DNA from: an uncultured archaeon
GTDB lineage: Archaea > Asgardarchaeota > Heimdallarchaeia > Heimdallarchaeales > Heimdallarchaeaceae
Assembly: GCA_964549075.1 (NCBI GenBank)
Contig: CAZJUB010000061.1
Coordinates: 4,458-16,073 of the forward strand
Direction: 5' to 3'
DNA: 11,616 bases
Shown: in pieces, positions 8,290 through 11,616 of the stretch
Layout of the letters: each line of letters begins with the position of its first letter
Numbering within the stretch: the stretch's first letter is position 1
Position numbers and translations under genes: made by a program
The notes under the pieces: generated by a model
Told to the model about the DNA's origin: nothing
What the model saw: the letters and a program-made list of their open reading frames with translations, nothing else
The model's database searches: none

Positions 8290-8306
8290 AAAAGAATTTT
8301 TATATA
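8290..8306 (+). promoter_or_regulatory. Putative BRE/TATA element (AAAAGAA...TTTATATA) for the GTPase operon
   Basis: A purine-rich tract followed by TTTATATA, about 130 nt upstream of the ATG at 8439. The downstream gene carries an SD, consistent with a leadered mRNA. Confidence 0.4.
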
Positions 8307-8428
8307 ATCAGATAGGAAATAACATTAAAAATCATGTAATTAAATTACAGTTAGCGAAAACATTAAATTAACCATAGTGATTATAGAATTGTTTAGACTT
8401 ACCGTACTCCAGCTCAATTAGGTAAAAA

Positions 8429-8434
8429 AGGTGA
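8429..8434 (+). promoter_or_regulatory. Shine-Dalgarno AGGTGA for GTPase gene 1
   Basis: AGGTGA ends 4 nt before the ATG at 8439. Confidence 0.6.
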
Positions 8435-8438
8435 ATGA

Positions 8439-9449
8439 ATGTCTTTCTATGAGTTTCGAAAACGTATTCTAGAAGAAAAACAAAAGCGTGAACAGCAACA
8501 AGTTAAACCAGTTGGAACAGATGCATCAAGACAAGAAACCGTTATTGGGAGAAACAAGTTTAGTGTAGCATTACTAGGTCTAGAAAGAGCTGGAAAAACT
8601 TCTTTAGTTAAAAAATTATTAAAACAAGAAGATATTGTAGTGCGACCAACTTATGGGGTTAACCTCGAAAATTATCAATATCGAGATTTGAACTTCACAT
8701 GTTTTGATTTGGGAGGTCACCAACCTTTCCGTCTTAGTTTATGGAAAAAGTTTATTGAAAGAGCAGATGGAGTGATGTATCTTGTAGATTCTGCAGATCA
8801 TGCTAGATTTGAAGAATCTAGACAAACTTTTTGGCACTATATTAATTTTGCAAAACAAAATAGCCCTGTACTGTTTTTAGCAAATAAAAGTGATTTGCCA
8901 AATTCTAAAGAACTATCTGAGATAAATGAAAAATTTGAATTAGATAAATTTCTGAGAAATCTTCGACCATTCAACATCAAAAAATGTTCAGCTCTAACAG
9001 GTCAGGGAGTATACGAAGCTTGGGATTGGATGGTAGATGTTCTTTGTGGTGCTCAACAATGGAAAGTAAAAATAGGTGCTGCAGTTTTAGCTGATGTTGA
9101 AGGTAATATCCTCTCTGAAGCTATTTTTGGTAGACCTAGTGATCAAGCTATTATTGCTAATGACTTCAAGAAATTAAAAGAGTTAACTCGTTTATTCGCC
9201 ATTGAGTCAAAGGAGAGTATTCAGTCTGTTAAACTTGAAAGTCTCTTTAAAAAGCATGTAAGTCATGTTAAACGCGGTGCATATTGTTTGTCAGTTATGA
9301 TTGATCCTATAGATCCAGTTACAAGAGCACAACAAATTCAATTGAGAATACTTGAAAACTTCAGTCGTAATCCTATTGACGTTCAGAAAAACTTAGGTGA
9401 AGTTTTCGAAAGCAAGTTCCCATTAGAAGTAGAAGGAGGACGTAGATAA
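8439..9449 (+). CDS. Arf/Sar1-related small GTPase fused to a C-terminal longin/roadblock-like domain
   Basis: G1 GLERAGKT (47-54), G2 PTYG (T71), G3 FDLGGH (89-94), G4 NKSD, G5 CSAL, and Arf-type 'LW..F...ADGVMYLVDSAD..RF' and 'W(D)WM'. The C-terminal ~125 aa 'IGAAVLADVEGNIL...' shows a beta-beta-alpha-beta-beta-beta-alpha pattern. Confidence 0.88.
   Translation: MSFYEFRKRILEEKQKREQQQVKPVGTDASRQETVIGRNKFSVALLGLERAGKTSLVKKLLKQEDIVVRPTYGVNLENYQYRDLNFTCFDLGGHQPFRLSLWKKFIERADGVMYLVDSADHARFEESRQTFWHYINFAKQNSPVLFLANKSDLPNSKELSEINEKFELDKFLRNLRPFNIKKCSALTGQGVYEAWDWMVDVLCGAQQWKVKIGAAVLADVEGNILSEAIFGRPSDQAIIANDFKKLKELTRLFAIESKESIQSVKLESLFKKHVSHVKRGAYCLSVMIDPIDPVTRAQQIQLRILENFSRNPIDVQKNLGEVFESKFPLEVEGGRR
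9433..9440 (+). promoter_or_regulatory. Shine-Dalgarno AAGGAGGA for GTPase gene 2, embedded in the 3' end of gene 1
   Basis: Ends 9 nt before the TTG at 9450. Confidence 0.6.
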
Positions 9450-10445
9450 TTGAGTGGTTACTTATCCTTCATCCGTGATAAACTTATTTCTTCTCAAGAA
9501 CAGAAGATACCTCAATGTGCTATCTTGGGATTAGAAGGATCAGGCAAATCCAGTGTAGTGAGTCGTCTGTTATATGGAACTGTCTCAGAAGATCAACCGT
9601 TACAACAAACATGCTATATTAATGTAACATACGGAAAATCAACTATAACAGTTCTTGAAGCAGATGAAGAAACTTCTCGTGAAAGTCCTTATTTCCAGGA
9701 TATTCTTGGAAAGATTGATGGTATCGTTTTTGTGATTGACACACAATCGATGAGGCACGTTGAAGCTTCTTTCGAATATATCTTCAGTTTGTTTGATAAA
9801 ATTCCTCAAAAAACCTCAATTTTATTTTTAGCAAACAAAACTGATCTTCAGGATAGTGTACCATTTCCTGATTTACTTCAGGATCCAGCTTTTCAAGTTA
9901 TTATGGATGATATCAATAGATCTGTGTCCATTTATCCAGTAAGTATCAAAACTGGAGAAAACTTTTACACAGCTTTTGATTGGATAATATCAAGAATGAC
10001 TGGTAGAACTCCTTTGAGAGAAGAAGTTACACCTAAAAGAGTAATTATTCTTCAAGAAGGTGGAGTTCCAGCTTTTGACCATATTTTTGATACTTCTATA
10101 GAAGAACATGATAGCACACTTCTAGGAGGGCTGATAAGCGCTTTGAACATTATGGCTTCTACAATTTTCGAATCTGAATCTGTGATGGATGTAGTGAAAC
10201 TAGGTGGAGTCAAAATGGTTATAAGAAAAATGGGAGGGTGGAGTATTGTACTATTTGTTGATCGAGACGATAGTGAATCGAAAGCTCAATCTCTCGCAGA
10301 AGAGATTCTTAATGCATTTCAGGAAGAAAAAGAAAGAGATCCATCCAAGGATCTTCCCAAACAGATTAAATATGAATTTCTAACCAAGATACCTGAAATT
10401 GCTATACTTTTAGATCAACAACCAGATAGAAAAGATGAGTATTAA
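9450..10445 (+). CDS. Arf-related GTPase paralog with degenerate switch motifs (probable pseudo-GTPase) fused to a longin-like domain
   Basis: G1 GLEGSGKS, G4 NKTD, G5 VSIKTG and 'FDWI' are retained. G2 PT is replaced by PL and G3 DxxG by EADEE. C-terminal 'VIILQEGGVPAF...DSTLLGGLISALNIMA...VKLGGVKMVI...SIVLFVD...LAEEILNAF' is longin-like. TTG start with SD. Confidence 0.82.
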   Translation: MSGYLSFIRDKLISSQEQKIPQCAILGLEGSGKSSVVSRLLYGTVSEDQPLQQTCYINVTYGKSTITVLEADEETSRESPYFQDILGKIDGIVFVIDTQSMRHVEASFEYIFSLFDKIPQKTSILFLANKTDLQDSVPFPDLLQDPAFQVIMDDINRSVSIYPVSIKTGENFYTAFDWIISRMTGRTPLREEVTPKRVIILQEGGVPAFDHIFDTSIEEHDSTLLGGLISALNIMASTIFESESVMDVVKLGGVKMVIRKMGGWSIVLFVDRDDSESKAQSLAEEILNAFQEEKERDPSKDLPKQIKYEFLTKIPEIAILLDQQPDRKDEY

Positions 10446-10449
10446 GGAG
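10444..10449 (+). promoter_or_regulatory. Shine-Dalgarno AAGGAG for gene 3 of the operon
   Basis: Overlaps the TAA of gene 2 and ends 10 nt before the ATG at 10460. Confidence 0.55.
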
Positions 10450-10459
10450 AAAACAGCAA

Positions 10460-11230
10460 ATGATAAACCCAAATGTAACAAAAGAACCATCGCTGGTATT
10501 CAGTATTTTCAAGGATTTTGGACCCGATATCCTCTTCAATAATTCGACTTTAGATGAGAATACTGCACTAACTTTAGTTATGAGTGGAATGACAATTGTA
10601 GAGATGGATAAAACTTCAATAGGAAGGTTAGATGGTTCAAAAAATCCAAAAATGCTTGGACCTATTCCTGTTCCAGAGCATGAGCAATTGAAAGCAATAG
10701 CTATTCCTTTTGAGACTGAAATCACTTCATCAACTGATGAAAGAATAGTAGCAGCTGGTCACCGCTTATGTGTTGCTTATTTCCTTTTTGAGGGCATAGC
10801 AGTAAGAGATGTTTTGGATAGTTATGGTTTAATTGAACCATACTTTACTATGATTGGTAGAGGATTACAGAAAGAATCTGATATCAATCCAACTACTATC
10901 AAACAATTATATACAAGAATGGTAGATATGTTCTCTGGAAAGATTCCGAGAATTTTTGCTATAAATCCAGATAATTCTCTAAAAGAGATGATAGGTAAGA
11001 GACTTGAGTATGCTGACACTTACCTGCTTTGCGATTTAAACAAGAATGTTATGTATATCCTCTTATATAATCCTTCAATGGATGTATGGCGAAGAAGAGA
11101 TATCTATAAAGTAGCATCTGAATTAAATTCTAATATGTTTAGAAGCTCTATGAGAATAAAAACTATTGAAGATGTAAAAGAGATGGTCAGAATATTAGAG
11201 ATTCTAAATATTGAAATAGCTCCAGTCTAA
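10460..11230 (+). CDS. Hypothetical protein: putative uDENN/longin domain (aa ~10-135) plus gelsolin-like domain (aa ~163-251)
   Basis: The ORF itself is solid (SD, operon context, 256 aa). Domain calls are from motif resemblance only: 'LVFSIFKDFGPDIL' and 'DERIVAAGHRLCVAYF' for uDENN/longin; 'PRIF...L...DTYLLCD....MYI....R...A.EL...IKTIED..E...LEIL' for a gelsolin repeat. Confidence 0.6.
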   Translation: MINPNVTKEPSLVFSIFKDFGPDILFNNSTLDENTALTLVMSGMTIVEMDKTSIGRLDGSKNPKMLGPIPVPEHEQLKAIAIPFETEITSSTDERIVAAGHRLCVAYFLFEGIAVRDVLDSYGLIEPYFTMIGRGLQKESDINPTTIKQLYTRMVDMFSGKIPRIFAINPDNSLKEMIGKRLEYADTYLLCDLNKNVMYILLYNPSMDVWRRRDIYKVASELNSNMFRSSMRIKTIEDVKEMVRILEILNIEIAPV

Positions 11231-11234
11231 ACAA

Positions 11235-11264
11235 TTTTTTAACATACGAGAGATCTCTCTCTCG
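11235..11264. terminator. T6 tract plus 7-bp hairpin between convergent genes (putative terminator)
   Basis: TTTTTT at 11235-11240. CGAGAGA-TCTC-TCTCTCG stem-loop at 11247-11264, between the stops at 11230 and 11275. Confidence 0.5.
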
Positions 11265-11274
11265 ATTTCAATTT

Positions 11275-11616
11275 CTAAGGTACGTAACTCATCATCATTA
11301 AATCGTCGCGTACATGCCAACCCATCTTGAGATAAAATTCTTTAACACCTACATTATCAACTTCAATAAAAAGATGCACCTTTTTAACGTCTTTGAGTTT
11401 AAATCTATGATGCAATTCTTCCATCATCAATCTCCCGTAGCCTTTGTTCTGATATTCTGGATCTACAGCAAGGTGATGTACATAACCTCTTCTTCCATCA
11501 AATGCTCCTAATACAACTGCAACTATCTTCTCATCTACTAATCCGACTAGAAATAAATCTTTACTATATTCTAGGGATCTTTGTACTTGTTCTTTTGTAT
11601 CCGAAACTGTAAGGGT
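11275..11616 (-). CDS. GNAT family N-acetyltransferase (YpeA-like), 5'-partial; not in the ORF track
   Basis: Manual translation: ...DLFLVGLVDEKIVAVVLGAFDGRRGYVHHLAVDPEYQNKGYGRLMM...KKVHLFIEVDNVGVKEFYLKMGW...VP*. Acetyl-CoA motif A (LAVDPEYQNKGYG) and motif B (N..V..FY.K.G) are present. TAG stop at 11277-11275. Confidence 0.92.
   Translation of the reverse strand, partial: TLTVSDTKEQVQRSLEYSKDLFLVGLVDEKIVAVVLGAFDGRRGYVHHLAVDPEYQNKGYGRLMMEELHHRFKLKDVKKVHLFIEVDNVGVKEFYLKMGWHVRDDLMMMSYVP

Noticed and set aside
10402-11019. Two - strand ORFs (10402-10725, 10822-11019)
   Set aside because: Antisense to the SD-supported 256-aa operon gene.
11314-11511. 65-aa + strand ORF
   Set aside because: Antisense to the clear GNAT acetyltransferase on the - strand.
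1-11616. CRISPR arrays, IS elements, rRNA/tRNA, long repeats
   Set aside because: None seen by eye. The window is almost fully coding, with no transposase or integrase motifs and no regularly spaced repeats.

Overview
AT-rich archaeal window, most likely from an Asgard archaeon; this is inferred from the archaeal tRNA-splicing endonuclease, TATA/SD-type signals and eukaryote-like GTPase/longin genes. It holds 13 CDSs, two of them partial at the edges. In order: a 5'-truncated ICMT/PEMT-like membrane methyltransferase; a minus-strand run of KaiC-like double RecA ATPase, CxxC thioredoxin/KaiB-like protein and M28 PA-domain peptidase; endA; a coupled operon of CCG Fe-S protein, FAD oxidoreductase and lipoyl carrier (GcvH/LbpA-like); uppP/bacA; a three-gene GTPase operon; and a partial GNAT acetyltransferase missing from the ORF track. 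The GTPase operon (8439-11230) is the most striking element. It encodes an intact Arf/Sar1-like GTPase fused to a longin/roadblock-like domain, an in-frame abutting paralog with degenerate switch motifs (pseudo-GTPase plus longin), and a protein whose N-half resembles the uDENN/longin GAP domain of SMCR8/FLCN/NPRL2 (candidate Arg finger) and whose C-half resembles a gelsolin repeat. This may be a self-contained GTPase switch module ancestral in design to eukaryotic trafficking regulators. All family assignments come from motif reading, not database searches.
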